Shown: positions 14,181 to 26,859 of the stretch, piece after piece
Layout of the letters: every line of letters begins with the position of its first letter
How positions within the stretch are numbered: position 1 is the stretch's first letter
Assembly (NCBI GenBank): GCA_013239625.1
Contig: MU054400.1
Coordinates: 4,279,802 to 4,343,801, forward strand
Direction of reading: 5' to 3'
Origin: Lama guanicoe
Lineage: Eukaryota
Length of the DNA stretch: 64,000 nt
Position numbers and translations under genes: made by a program
Notes under the pieces: generated by a model
The model's input: the letters and a program-made list of their open reading frames with translations, nothing else
What the model was told of the DNA's origin: nothing
Database searches by the model: none

Positions 14181-15370
14181 TTGCAAAATTGATACCCAAC
14201 ATTAATAATTTTGTGGTTTTATTTTGATAGGATTATGTTTGTCTCTTGAATTTCACAAGGTGGCAATCTATTTATGACCATAATGAAAGTTTTGAGCAAG
14301 GCATTGTCCCAAAACTGTGCGAAATGAGATGAAACCTAAGGGAGCCCCAATCTCGATTGCCCTGTTGTCCTCACCCACAGCGCTGTGACCTTCCATCCTG
14401 CTTTCAACTTGCCACCCAACTTGGAATATTCTCTTCTTTCCAACACAGCACTGAAATGGCATTTAGAGGCAGAAAACCGGGTAATAAGAGCAATGTTCCA
14501 TTTGGCACTTGGAAGCTCATGTTCCGTTCACAGACGCCACAGAGCGTTCTCTGTTCTCCAACAACCAGTCTTCCTCCTCTGTCTCCTCTTTTACTCAACT
14601 GTACGTTTGATAAGGGAATGAGGACCTGGTGGCATTTATTCATTTTGGAATCTTCTCTTAGTCTCCCCATCCCAGCCCTAACAATGTTACAGACAGTGAA
14701 GAGTTTGGAGCCATTCAATAAATTATTGTGTTTTTTTAAAGACAAAGAAAAACAAACTGAGTCCTTGGCTTTAGGGATTTGGGTGGGTAGATAGGAAATG
14801 GTATTTTCTGCCTGAACCTTTTGTCCTTTTCTTGCAAAGGAGCAAAGTGAGTGGCTAAGTGGTGAGGACAGAGTAAGCCTCAGAAGATTAGAAAAGAGAA
14901 ATACAGTTGAAGAAAACTTTGTGTAATTCAATGCAAAAATAACGGAATGAATGTTCTGCTGAAATGCCCTGTGAGACACAGGAGTGTGAAAGGTAAGGCC
15001 ATTGTACACATTCTAGAAAACCAGATATGTAAAGCAGACATTGAGAACGCTTGGTTCCATATTTATCCTTTGGTAGTCTCCTTGCCCGTTCACAGCTATT
15101 TGCACTCTGGTTTGGGGACGCTAGGGACATCCTGTGGTTCCCCAACTCAACAAGAGAAGGAATGGTGACAAGAAGCAAAAGGCTGGGTAGCCCTCCAAGT
15201 AGCTAAGCAACCAGATCATAAGTTACCAGGAATCTGCATCATTCACGGGGAGTTCCCAGAGAGTCAATGGAAAGTGGACTCCTTTAGGCTGAAATCCTGG
15301 GGCTCACTGGTCCTGTTCCAGAGCTTCAACCCCAGTGTCTCCCGTATGCATCTCAACAGACCTTACTCTG

Positions 15371-15869
15371 TGTGTTAGGAGGAATCACGGCCCCCAGAGA
15401 TGTCCACGTCCCAAGCTCTGGAACCCATGAATATGTTAAGCTACGTGGCAAAGGGGTGTTAAGGTTGCCAGTCAGCTGACTTTAAAACAGGGGGATTGTC
15501 TAGGTGGGCCCAGCGTGATCAGAATGCTCCTCAAAAGTGGAAGGGAAGGCAAAGAGTCAGAGTCAGAGGCGATGAGACGATGGAAGCAAAATTCAAGTGA
15601 TATGATATGACGACTCCACCTGCCATTGCTGGCTTTGAAGATGGATGAAGGGGCCAAGGAATGGAGGCAGCCTCAAAAATCTGGAAAAGGCAGGGAAATA
15701 GATTCTCAAGAGTCTCCAGAAAGGAACACAGCTGTCAACATCTTGCTATTAGCCCAGTGAGAACCATGTCAGTCTTCCAACCTGTAGAACGGTGAGGTAT
15801 CAAATCTGTGTTATCTCAAGCCACTAAATGTGCAGTAATTCACTACATCATCCACAGAAAACAAATAAC
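15371..15869 (+). mobile_element. ERVL-MaLR solo LTR (MLT1D-like)
   Basis: ggcccccagagatgtccacgtcc...ggaacccatgaatatgtt...tgctggctttgaagatgga...ctccagaaaggaacacagc...aagccactaaatgtgcagtaatt. Confidence 0.9.
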
Positions 15870-16069
15870 TGTATAATCAGTGGACCCCCCGTGAGAGGTG
15901 ACCATGGTGATGGAGGGCCCACAGAGTGTGTACTGCAGGTAAGCAACCCTCTGGTTGGCTCATTCTCCATGCAGAAGGACTGAGCGACAGAATCTCCAGG
16001 ATGTCACCCAGAAAAGGTCACTGTATCTTCCCACAGATGCCCAAGTCCTAATCTGTTGGGGAGATTAAA

Positions 16070-16350
16070 ACCTGGTGCCACACAGGTCAAATTCAGCGGT
16101 CAGACTCTTTCATTTGTGTAGAGATTTTTTTTTTTAATTTGAATTAGTTGCCAACAGTTAGAGATTCCACCTAAGCACCGGGATTTCTGACTTTTCCTGG
16201 AAAATGTTGCCACACTTGATTCCCGTGGGAGGGGAGTGGTGGCTGTCCCTGCAGACGGAGCGTGCTCCATCCGCTCCGCGCTGCTGTCTCACACCCTCCC
16301 CACGTTATCCTGGTCTGTGGCCCTGCAGGCACCAGCGGGCCATCCCTGGT
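16070..16350. mobile_element. MER102-like hAT-Charlie DNA transposon
   Basis: tttgaattagttgccaaca...gagattccacc...ccgggatttctgacttttcctggaaaa...ggctgtccctgcagacggagcgtgctc matches the recalled MER102 pattern. Confidence 0.7.
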
Positions 16351-16559
16351 ACCCTGCTCACACACAGTGCACATTTCAGAACTGGCTCAGTTAGGGTAAA
16401 GTATTAAAGGGGATCTAGCCAGTTTCAAAGCTTTCATCATGAATAATAGCAAAGAATGCCTTCTTTGATTTCAGCGGGAAAAAAAAATCTCAAAGGTGAA
16501 ATGGTTCTACTATCCGTTCCAAATTCTTAGCCTAAGCAGGACTGAGAAATATGGGCATT

Positions 16560-16880
16560 GGTGCCTGGAAGGGAATGTTCAGGCTTATTTATGACTCTGA
16601 TTCGGATCAGCTAAACCTTTACTCCTTTAAGAATTTATATAAATCTGACTTCAACAGATAAGGAGAGAATTTGCAAAAGGATGTCAATCAAGCTGGAACG
16701 CTTTCAAGATGGAGGAAGATGAGCTCAAACAAAATGTCAAATGGTCCAACAGCACTGCCCCGTGGGTACAGCCAAGGTTTAGAGAAATCTCTGTGTGCTT
16801 TTATTAAATTAACAACACGTAAGTTCTGACATCAGCTGTAACACGAGCTGCTATTGCAAAATGCACTTAGGAATCCTAAC
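16560..16880 (+). mobile_element. Possible L3/CR1 LINE remnant (RT C-terminal part)
   Basis: ttgcaaaaggatgtcaatcaagctggaacg...aagatgagctcaaac resembles the CR1 LQxDLDRLExW...MKFN-encoding region; highly degenerate. Confidence 0.4.
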
Positions 16881-17300
16881 GCGTTCATTGTTATGTTTGG
16901 CTTTATGACCGACCTATCTTTGTACTCATATCTGAATGCCAATGGTTACGGGCCAAAATTTTCAGAAAAATGATACCTTACAAGCTCACACTTGAAACGG
17001 CTCTGAATAGTGATGGAAGGTTACAGATATGGGAACAAGAGATGAGAGTTGGCTCACAAAAGGGTCAATGTCCTGAGTGGCAGGGCAGGAATGCACCTTT
17101 TCCGTCACAGGCGCTGGTCTTCAGCCTACAATGTAGTGAATAATCAGCCATAGACGGGCAAGGGAGGGGCCCGGCCGGGCTTTGACACGGCCTCTGTGGG
17201 CGTGATGGATGTGCAGAAACCCAACCCTCCCCCAGGGGGTTAGGTGGCACCATCAAGACAAAGAGTGCAAACAATCTGGTCCTGGAAAAGAAATTTCCTC

Positions 17301-17331
17301 TTTTTTTTTCTTTTTTTTCCCCCTTTTTATT

Positions 17332-17373
<42 letters not shown>
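17301..17373. repeat. T-rich tract ending in an uninterrupted T40 (17334-17373)
   Basis: Read directly. Confidence 0.95.
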
Positions 17374-17376
<3 letters not shown>

Positions 17377-17456
17377 GGAAAAATGAAGGCAGAGGGAACC
17401 CCGAATCAAAGTACTCCCTGGGTAGAATATATTGAATTGTGCAAAAATTTCTTTAT

Positions 17457-17549
17457 GAAGAAAAAGGCAGCAAGAAAGAAAGAGAGAGAGAGAGAGAAAC
17501 AGAGAGAGAGAAAGAAGAAAGAGAGAGAAACAAAGAGAGAGAAAGAAAG

Positions 17550-17632
<83 letters not shown>

Positions 17633-17634
17633 AA
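17457..17634. repeat. Polypurine compound microsatellite: (GA)n blocks then (GAAA)21 at 17551-17634
   Basis: Read directly. Confidence 0.96.
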
Positions 17635-18264
17635 CTGCATTCACTTCCAAGGCTGAGTCCAAAACATCTGCTTTCTGGATTACAGAGTGAGACACTTTCC
17701 AAGTTTGTGGGAAAAAAAACAAGATCTCTCAAATCTTCCCTTCAGAGGCTGGGGATAAAAACAAGTGAGGGGAGGATGAATCTCCCTCTGGCCCCAGGCA
17801 CCAGCCTGAGCAGACAGAGAGAGAAACACCGTGCTTGCCTGTCTGCCGTCCTAACTGATAAAACCTTGCGAAATATCTGTTTGGCCCTTTCCATTGCCTC
17901 CCCGTCTTCTTACATTTCTGAGCAGTGATTCTGACCGGACCTGGATTTATTTGAGCTTTTGTTCAAACACATACCACTCCCCTAGTTTCCCCTTTCCCCA
18001 ACCCAGGCTCCAAGGAGTTTTGAGAAATGTCTATAATTTTTCCACATCGCCAGTTTTTCCACTTCTAGGCAACCAGCTTCCCTTAGTTATAATGTCAGAA
18101 TCTGACCTATGACATCAGGGGCTCGTGTTGGATGACTCTCAATGTTAAAGGGAGCTTCAGTTTTACTTGCTTTTTTTTTTTTTTCATCCAACTCCCAGCC
18201 TCGAAGCAGGCTGGCTTTTTAGTCCTGGTTCAAGGGCACCTGGGCAGATGATGGTGTCCGCCTG

Positions 18265-18455
18265 CTGTGTGCCAGGCAGCGCACTGAGTCTGGCCTCACT
18301 TCATGGTCACAGACACTTCAGAGGTCAATTTTGTCAGTCTTGTTTGAACAGGTAAGGGACTCAGAGACATTAAATGGGTCGATAGTTAAGCCAGTAAGTG
18401 GCAGAGCTGGCATACTAAACCAAGGCTGGCTGCCTCTGAAGCTTTAAAACTCCAC
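18265..18455 (-). mobile_element. MIR SINE
   Basis: tgtgccaggca...acaggtaagggactcagagacattaaatg...agtaagtggcagagctggcat. Confidence 0.65.
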
Positions 18456-19074
18456 AGCTTTGATGAGTGCAAGATCTCTCCTCATTCCTGCTCCCAACAG
18501 AAACTTCTCGAAAGGTACTTTGAAGCTTCCTTTTCTGAACTTTTTATCACTCATATCATCCCTGGTAACAGAGAATTCCCCTTCAGAGAATTGCACATGG
18601 TAGTCAGAGCTTTACAGGGTCGTTCTTAACATGCCCCAGCGCAAGACGAATTTCCACTTTCAAACGCAGACGTTCTCTCAGAGGGAGACTGTCAGGGTGG
18701 AGGCTGAGGGTTGCCATGTGATGTAGGGCACTTGGGTCATTCTACCAGCCCCCACACATCCCGCAGCCACCAAGCTGTTCATGTGGCTGCCAGCGTATGG
18801 CTCCTTTTAAAATAAGTAAGTAGTTGGATTGTGTGTGACAGGCTTATGAGAAAATATCAGAAGCAGAGCTGCTTCTGAGGGACCCGCTGAATGAGCAGCA
18901 GACAACCAATCAATCTGAAATCATAAGACCAGGCAATTAGAAGAAGGAAGGGATTCTTGAGCAACCACACATTCTCTGCTTCCCTTCCCCCAGGAAGTTT
19001 TTGCTTGATTTCATGCTTTCTAGCTTATGGCATCCATTTTTATTCCAGACATCTTATTTTGTGTGTTTATACAA

Positions 19075-19272
19075 GAGGACAGGGCGATAACATGCAAAGG
19101 CTGTGGAATTAGAATACTTGGTTTCAAATTATTGTACCGCATTGAAACACTGTGTGATCTTGGGCTAATCGCCTAACCTCTCTGGGCCCTTCTCTGAAAA
19201 ACTGGTTGTTCTAAGTTTTACTGAGACAATGTAAATAACACAGTTCCTGGCTTACAGTAGGCATCTGAAAAT
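19075..19272 (+). mobile_element. MIR SINE
   Basis: ggctgtggaattaga...ggtttcaaat...ctgtgtgatcttgggctaatcgcctaacctctctgggcc...ctggcttacagtaggc. Confidence 0.75.
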
Positions 19273-19774
19273 AAAAATACTTATTCTCTTCTCTCTTCTT
19301 CTTACTTGATTTTTCAGGAATGCTTTGATTCTAACGACTTTCCCTCTTTTTCACAAGTCTCACATATTCTTATTTTGGTGGTAGTGTTGAAGATTGAAAT
19401 CTTTTATTCTAGTTCAGATCTGTGTAATCCTGAATGTATTGTTTAAGTTCTCCGAACCTCTATTTTTTTAAGATACAAATTGGCGATAATAATTGTGATG
19501 GAGATTATTTCTAACCAAACAACCACTTAGTATCTTTTTTTGCAAAACACAGATTTGGGGCTCGGATAACCGGCAGAGATCTCTCACACTCAGGGAAGAT
19601 CCAGGCCCAGTGGACAAATTCGGATTGAAAACAGCAATAATCACCCCATTCTCCTTCATCAGTGAGTGCTTCCAGGAGCAGCATAAATAATATGTACTTC
19701 TGGCCAAAGAAATGAAAAGGTGATTCTTAAGATAGAGCCTCAAGTGGGAAAAGGCATTTGTCTGTTGTTTCCCA

Positions 19775-20038
19775 TTTGGGCTGCTGCTGGTGGCATGACA
19801 GCTAGATAACTGGCCGTCACTTTGAATCCATGAGGTGACCGTCACAAGGATGAAGCCATCGAGCTAAAGATGAGAGAGGAATGGCTGGAAAGAGTTCGAA
19901 GGGTCCTTACTAACGCTGTGGAATTGCTGAATGATCCCTGGGCTGTCCGTCTTCATACTTGTCATACGAGATAAAGAGTGCTTAAGCTACTTAAGTCAAA
20001 TATTTTCCTACCTGGAACTGAAAGTATTTCTGATTCTA
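19775..20038 (+). mobile_element. Old MaLR LTR fragment (MLT1I/J/K-like)
   Basis: ccatgaggtgac...aggatgaagcca...ggaaagag...gggtccttactaac...gaattgctgaat...ttaagctactt...ctgaaagtatttctga. Confidence 0.65.
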
Positions 20039-20869
20039 TGATGCCTGCTTCTCAGAACTGCTCTGAGAATTATGAACAGCATATGTGAAGCATCTAGAAA
20101 GTGCCTGCCATTTAATAAACACCTGACAATCACACAGCTCACATTTGTTTAAGCTGTTAATATACAGACTCTCCTGGGGAGCAGTGAAGTCCTCTTCCGA
20201 TGGAAGCTTCCTTTAAGCATGTGTGAATGTTATTACAGAGAACACCCATACCTTCAGTCAAACCTACTCAGGGCCTTCAAATCTCATCACATTGAGATTC
20301 CTTTTGAGATTTTATCAATAGACATCAGGAAAACGACAAAATTAATTGAATTTGAAGATGCTGCAACTCATATAAGAAGAAACAGTATGAAACAGATGGT
20401 TCTCATTACCACGGATTGGCTGACTTGACTTCACCGTAAGGATAGCTCTCCCTCCAAAGTCTTCTTTTCTCCTCCCTTGCCTGTGAGCTCATTTGATTTA
20501 TCTTTTTGGCCAGAGCAGAATTTCAGATCTGTCAGTGACACTGACCGTTTGGATAAATAGCTTGCAAGGGAGAAAAGGTTGGAACTGAGTCTGAACTGCC
20601 ATTTGTTGATTGTTTTGAAGATTATGAGTTGTCCAGAAAGTTAAAAAAAAAAAAAAGAGAGAGAGAGATAGACAAAATGCTAACTGTGGGCGAATGTAAT
20701 TCATTCACAAATCCAGTCGACATTCATGAAGGTCCTGTGCCTGATGCTGGGAAATTGAGGCCAACAAGCCTGGGCCCTGTCATCCTGCGCCTTAGGGACA
20801 GCGAGTAGAGAAAGACACGCGAGCAAGAATATGCAAAGAACTATTGGAATGGCCAAAATAGCAGTGATA

Positions 20870-21145
20870 CAATAATGATAAAACCAGTACAACCACTAAG
20901 ATCACTGCTATTACTGGTTGCCAGGGACTGAGACCTTCCCATGCACTGGCTTTGTCTTAAGTTCTTTATCTGCACTGTTTCTTGTGACCTTCATAACACT
21001 CCTTTGTGATCAGTCTGGTTGTTATGTCCGTTTTAGAGATGGGCACACTGAGACCCAAATGCACACAACTAGTTAGTGGAGGAGCTGGAAATCCCACCCG
21101 GGACTTCCTAATCACAAAGCGCACAGTCCTCACCAAGCCACAGTA
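20870..21145 (-). mobile_element. MIR SINE
   Basis: cttcataacactcct...tccgttttagagatgggcacactgagaccc...actagttagtggaggagctggaaat. Confidence 0.75.
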
Positions 21146-22599
21146 CAGATCTGAACAGGGTACCATGAGAGCTGAAACGGAGGATGGAGCTAATTCTGCT
21201 GGCGGCGCTGGGTGGCTGGGGGGTGGGGGGAGGGGTGGGGAGAAAGGATAAGAAAAGGCTTCAAATAGGAGGTGACCCTCTAGGGACACTTCCTTTGGGG
21301 AAAAAGAGTTCTCAGAAGAAGATGTGCGATGCATGGTTCTTTAGCACGTTTTCTCATATGAAAGACAAAAAAATGATGGAGGCAGAATGGTATCTGAATT
21401 GGCCCAGTGCCCTTGGAAAACTGCAAGCTCCAATGCAACTGGGATTTCAGGAACCTGGGAAACTTATTACAGTTGTTTGTTCTGCTCAAGTACTTGAAAC
21501 CTCATGAATAAAAGGTTGTCTGTGAATACAGCATACTGCGATTGTCTACCCTAGACCACAGAAACACTATATTCATAGAGAACGGGAGATGTCTGAACAT
21601 ATTTCTTTAGCATATGACAGTGGGTCTTCATGCCAAAAATAATTTAATATCGTAGCAACTGACTTAGGCAGTGCCTACACCGACACAGCAGAAGATGTGA
21701 CACGCAGATTTGGTCCCTGCAATTCATGCCCACAAGATCCCCCATCACTCAGATCTGGTTCTTAAGATCTTCCTCCTCAAAGCCCCTTCTGTAAGCCCCC
21801 GCCTTGTTCCATGGCCCCAGGCCCAGTGGTTTAATCTTCAGCGTTCCACTTGTTCTGTAGGGTTTTACCAAACAATTTCAACAATTAAGTATTTCAACAC
21901 AGCTAGATTCTGGCCAACACTGTGAGATATAAGAAGTAAATTCAGATTTTGCTCACTTTGGGGTTCAAACATCAAGTCTCAGTACTATCAATTTTTAATT
22001 ACTTGAAGAATTTAATTACTTAGTGAAGATTCAGTTTCTAGTCGATGAGAATTTGAACTTAATAATTTCTCGTCAGTTTTAAGAGCACATACAGTGATTA
22101 ACATCATTGTTAACATCATTAATCACATACAATGATTAACAATGATTAACCTTATTGAGGACATGATAAAATGCATGCCAAATGATTTAGAACTAACTCC
22201 TCAGAAAATAATTTAATATCTCCATCTCACAGGTAAATATTTTTATATTATAAAATAATTTCAGCAAGTTTTAAAACTGATAATCTCTCATGCTATTTCT
22301 ATCATACAAGTATATTAATTAATTCTTATATTTTCATGATGGCAACTTAAAATGATCTTTCTTCAATGGCTAGAAGAGAAAACATTCTCAATTTAGCCAT
22401 AAGAACCTTCATTCTGTTTCCCAAACAAGTCAAGCTTTTTTCATTTTTTCTTTTATTTTCTTTTTTTTAATCGAAGTATAGTTGATTGACAAGCTTTTTC
22501 ACTCTTGAGGTTTCTACTACTATTGTTTCTTTTTTTTCCCCCTATATTCTTCTCATAAGTATGTGTTTGTTTGGATCCTTTCTATTTTTCGTATCTCAG

Positions 22600-22830
22600 G
22601 TCCAATGTCAGATGTTTCCATTTCAGAAAAGGAGACCACCATTCACCCAGTTATGCAGACCAAAACCCTGGGTAAGTTAACAACCTATTTTCCCAGTCCT
22701 TCCGTGCCCAGTACATCAGCCTGTCCCAGTCATTCTGCCTCCAAGTTTTATCTGGAATTTGACCGCGTCCAGTCACGTCCACGGCTAATTCTAGTCTCAA
22801 CCACCATCCTCTTTCTTCTGGGTTAGCAGA
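22600..22830 (+). mobile_element. L2 fragment (left part)
   Basis: accaccattcacccagttatgcagaccaaaaccctggg...ttctgcctccaag...ctagtctcaaccaccatc. Confidence 0.65.
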
Positions 22831-22863
22831 CAGTGTCTTCCCATCACAATTTAGCCTGCCATG

Positions 22864-24077
22864 ACTAGTACAGAAACTGGTACCTTGAAAGAAGATGTTG
22901 CTACGATACAACCCTAAACTTAAACTTAGATGGTATTGACTTGGTCAAAAAGCAGGAAGAGGAGAAATAAATAAAACAGGGTGGAAAAATGGAGATCCAG
23001 CTTATGCGGTAACAGAACATTTGGTAAAACTGTTGCCTGACTTGGAAGGCAGACCACATGCCTACTGAGTGTGTTGAAAATGAAAAGAAGTTAGTTAGAA
23101 AGAGTTTTACGGTGTGTTACTTGCTGATATATTTGCTGTTTATACAAAGAGATTACAAGGAAGAGATGAACTGATTAAAGAATTGGCTGATTTGAAATTA
23201 GCAATTAAAGGCGTTGCAAAGTTGGAGAAGCCGCTTGCTTCTGGATCCAAAGAGTAGAAAATGAGACTAAAATACCTTCCCGTGGCAGGGAGCTCAGTAA
23301 GAAACTCAGCGATAGGCTTGCTACTGCCCACCTCAGCTAAGTCATGTGTCAGAAAGCCTTAGAGTAAATTGAGAGAGGAAGTATGGGGGAGAAGCAGCAA
23401 AGAGACAAAGCATCTAGAAGAACTATGAAAGAACTTTGTATGGAAGCAGATCGATTAGAAGCTTTCCAAGTGTTTGAGGACATTGTATCGCCAAAGAGAC
23501 CATGAGCCCTGTTTGAGCAGTGGAACAATTCTTGAGCCCTGAAATTTATACCTGTAGGAAGCAACTGAAAATATGTGGTTCTCAAGGAGAGTCTACATAC
23601 TGTCTTCTACACTTCAGGTGTATCCACGGAGGGAAATAACAGGGGGAAAGTTCCAGGAGTTACGGAGTGAAACAGACAAGGGAGTTCCTATCTGAGGGCA
23701 GAATCACTGTCAAATCACTGTCAGGACAGGGGATCTGCCTTTCTAATGCCTGCTCAGAAGACTCTGTCATGATATGGACCAGTGTGTTTCTCATCATTTT
23801 CTTTTCTGAGTTTGTCGCATGGTTATCCTATCTCTGCATTTCATGGGAGTGTGATGAGTGAGGAGAGCAAATTCTGTCATTTCGTTCAGAGGCTAAGGAA
23901 CAAAGGCAGGATCTAATGGAGAGAATTGCACATCACCCAGAGATCACGGACGTTAAATTGCGTGCAGTGAATGGATGGGGAATTTGGATATTTCCACTGA
24001 AGAGCAGGTGAGTTTGTTCTTTGTATGGAAAGAAGGAATCACATGGATTTTTGTTGGTCAGAGAGAGAGGCCGACTG
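22864..24077 (+). mobile_element. MaLR internal (MLT1-int-like) segment
   Basis: Begins with the LTR-end/internal junction actagtaca|gaaactggtacc; contains cagaacatttggtaaaactgttgcctg; ends with a purine-rich tract then gactg. Confidence 0.7.
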
Positions 24078-24334
24078 GCAGAGATCACCAGCTGTCCCCA
24101 ACTTCAGCAACCTCTTCTGGTCCCACGGCCTTTGTACCTTCGGTTTCCCCTGACCCAGATGGTCATTCTGAGATCTCTGCATGACTACCCTTTTCTTGCA
24201 TTTTTCAACATTTTCTTGTACTTTCCCTGCATTTTCAACATTTTCAGTGTAAATAGTGTCTCTTCAGTGAGGACTTTCGTCACTGCCAGAGACCTAAGTG
24301 GTCCTCATACCTGGCATGTCCATCCGATTACTGT

Positions 24335-24543
24335 TTTGCTTTCTTAGTAGCACTCACTGTTATCTAAAATTATTTTACTTATTCTCTGTTTTCCTTGTTT
24401 AATGTATATTTCTTTTGACTAGAATATAAGTTCCATGAAGACTGGAACTTGTCTGAATTCAAAGTCTGTTCACTGATGAATTTCCAGAGTTTAGCATCAC
24501 GACCTGCCTAAAGATGGCGTTTCTTGGTTAAATGAATGAATGA
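24335..24543 (+). mobile_element. L2 3' end
   Basis: actagaatataagttccatgaag...tgttcactgatgaatttccagag...aatgaatgaatga terminal repeat. Confidence 0.8.
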
Positions 24544-25225
24544 GGCCAAACTATGTAAGAAATAAGGAATTCAGATCTTTTTGCTGACCCTCATAAGGCA
24601 GGTTTCCCAACCAAATATCCAAGACCATGAAATTCTTTTTGTCGTATCGGATTCTGTTTTAATTGAATAAACCCTGACTTGAGCACTGCCCATAATTTTC
24701 CATGGAGTAATTGTCAGAAAGTTTTTCAGTTGGTCCAGGGTTGGGGGCATCAAGTAGACATAGCATTGAGAGGCTATTTTTCATTCTTCCCATGATTTTA
24801 AAGTTTCACCAAACTGCCTACTCATTAGATGGTCCCTGGTTATCCATCAGATGTTCTGTAGGTAATCTGGTAGCTTAAGAGAACAAAAACAAAATATGTC
24901 TCAAACATTTTGGTCCATCCCTTCATTTTTAATTTATCAATCATTTTGTTTTAGGTGCATCTTTTACAAAAGCAAAAAAAAAAAGGCAACAAAACGTTGA
25001 AGTATGTTGGTTGAGCCACTCTGATGTTTTTGTTTGTTATCTTTTTTAACAGGAATGTTTAAGCAGTTTACATTGTGTTACTTGATTCTTTTTGCTCTTG
25101 TTTTCTGTTTTATGTGTTTTGCTAAATTTCCTTTTTTTTTTACCCTATGTGTTTAATTCTACTAACAGTTCATTTTTACCTAAAAATATACTACAATATT
25201 TTCATGGTTAAAATCATAAAGAATA

Positions 25226-26335
25226 TTTGTTTTCAGTTTTTGAGTCTATACTGAGGAGTGGAATTGCCGAACCACATGGTAATCCTATGTTTACCTTTTT
25301 GAGGAACCGCCAAACTTTTCCACAGTGGTTTAAACATTTTACATTTCTCCAACGTGTGAAGTTTCCAGTTTCTCCACAACTTGCCAATGCTTGTTATTTC
25401 CATTAAAAAAAAAATCTAGCCATCATAGTGGATGTGAAGTGGTACTTACTTGTGGCTTCAATTTGACTAATAAAGTTGAGCGTCTTTTCATGTGCTTTTT
25501 GGCCCTTTGTATATCTTTTTTGGAGAAATGTGTGTTCAAGTCCTTTGTTCATTTTGAAAATTGGATTGTTCATTATTATGTTGTTGAGTCCTAAGAGTTC
25601 TTTTTATACTCTGTACACAAGCTCCTTGTACCCAGATTTCCAAATGTTTTCTCCCATTATCTTTTCAATTACTTGATGTTATCATTTGCAACAGAAAAGT
25701 TTTTAATTTTAGTTAAATCCAATTTGTCTAGTTTTTCTTTTCTTGCTGTGCTTTTGGTGTTGTATCTTAGAATTCATTGCTAAATCTGAGACCATGAAGA
25801 TACACTCTTACGCTTTCTTCTAAGAGTTTCAAAACAGTACTCAGATAATGTGTATACATACATATTTATAGCACCACCATTCACCATAGCCAAAAGGTAG
25901 AAACAGCTCAAATGTTCATCAGTGAATGAATGGATAAACAAGATGTGGCATATACATGCAATGAAATATTATTCAGTCATAAAAAAGAACGGCATCCTGA
26001 TACATGCTATAACATGGGTAAATTTTCAAAATATCATGCTAAGTGAAAGAAGCCAGACACAAAAAGTTTGGTGTTATTCCATTTATGTGAAATATCCATA
26101 ATAGTTAACTAGGATATGTAGCCAGGATGCAGTTAGTGGTGGCCAGGAACTGGGAGGAAGGGGAATGCGAGCAAATGATTGATGGCCATGAGGTTCCCTC
26201 GTGGGGTGATGAAGCTGTTTCAGAACTAGGCAGAGGTGGTGGCTGCACAACATTGTGAATGTGCTGAATGCCACCAAATCCTTTACTGTAAAATGGATAG
26301 TTTCATTTTACATAAATTTCATCTCAAAAAAAAAT
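25226..26335. mobile_element. 5'-inverted L1 (L1MB-like): antisense 25226-25828, sense 25829-26335
   Basis: Antisense ORF2 3' part joined to a sense ORF2 end/3' UTR with an A-tail; the two pieces meet at about the same L1 position. Confidence 0.85.
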
Positions 26336-26859
26336 ATGTAAAGACCAAAATAAGAGCTTGTACATTCTTCTCTGGAAGATAATGCATTCAATACACTTTT
26401 CATTCCTTCCCAAACTTCTTCTTGTTTTCAAACTTTACTTGTATTATTTAGGATTTTGGCTAAGGATTATTAATTTTTTACATTACATTCATAGTCTTCT
26501 ATTTCAAGACTGGCTTGCTGACATTTGCATTATGCTCCATATCAACATAAACTATAATTATCTAGGCTTAGTTGTGGATTTTCTGTTTTCATCGTTCATC
26601 AGTATTTGAAGAAAACACTGCCTCTTCCCCATTCTTGAATATGCTGCAGCATTTCTTTAATGTAAGTGTATATGTAGGAATTTTTTCTGAAGACTTTCAC
26701 TCCTGAGGTTGATTTTCAGTGGCTTTCACTTATGAATGAATGTTTGGTTAGATGTATAACTTTTAGAATATCCAGGAAGATGGAATAGATATGCCTTTTC
26801 CCTATTGCTCATGCAAAACAGAACAATAAAAAACAACTCCACATTGTGAAAACTCAAAA

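Noticed and set aside
14357..15009. Overlapping 145-aa and 201-aa ORFs
   Set aside because: No recognisable domain or splice support; the lengths are plausible by chance in 64 kb.
13437..15869. Two MLT1 LTRs as the ends of one provirus
   Set aside because: Opposite orientation, apparently different subfamilies, and no internal sequence between them.
17065..17928. Longest ORFs (239 aa and 191 aa) with poly-F, poly-K and KERK runs
   Set aside because: They are translations of the T40 and (GAAA)n microsatellites.
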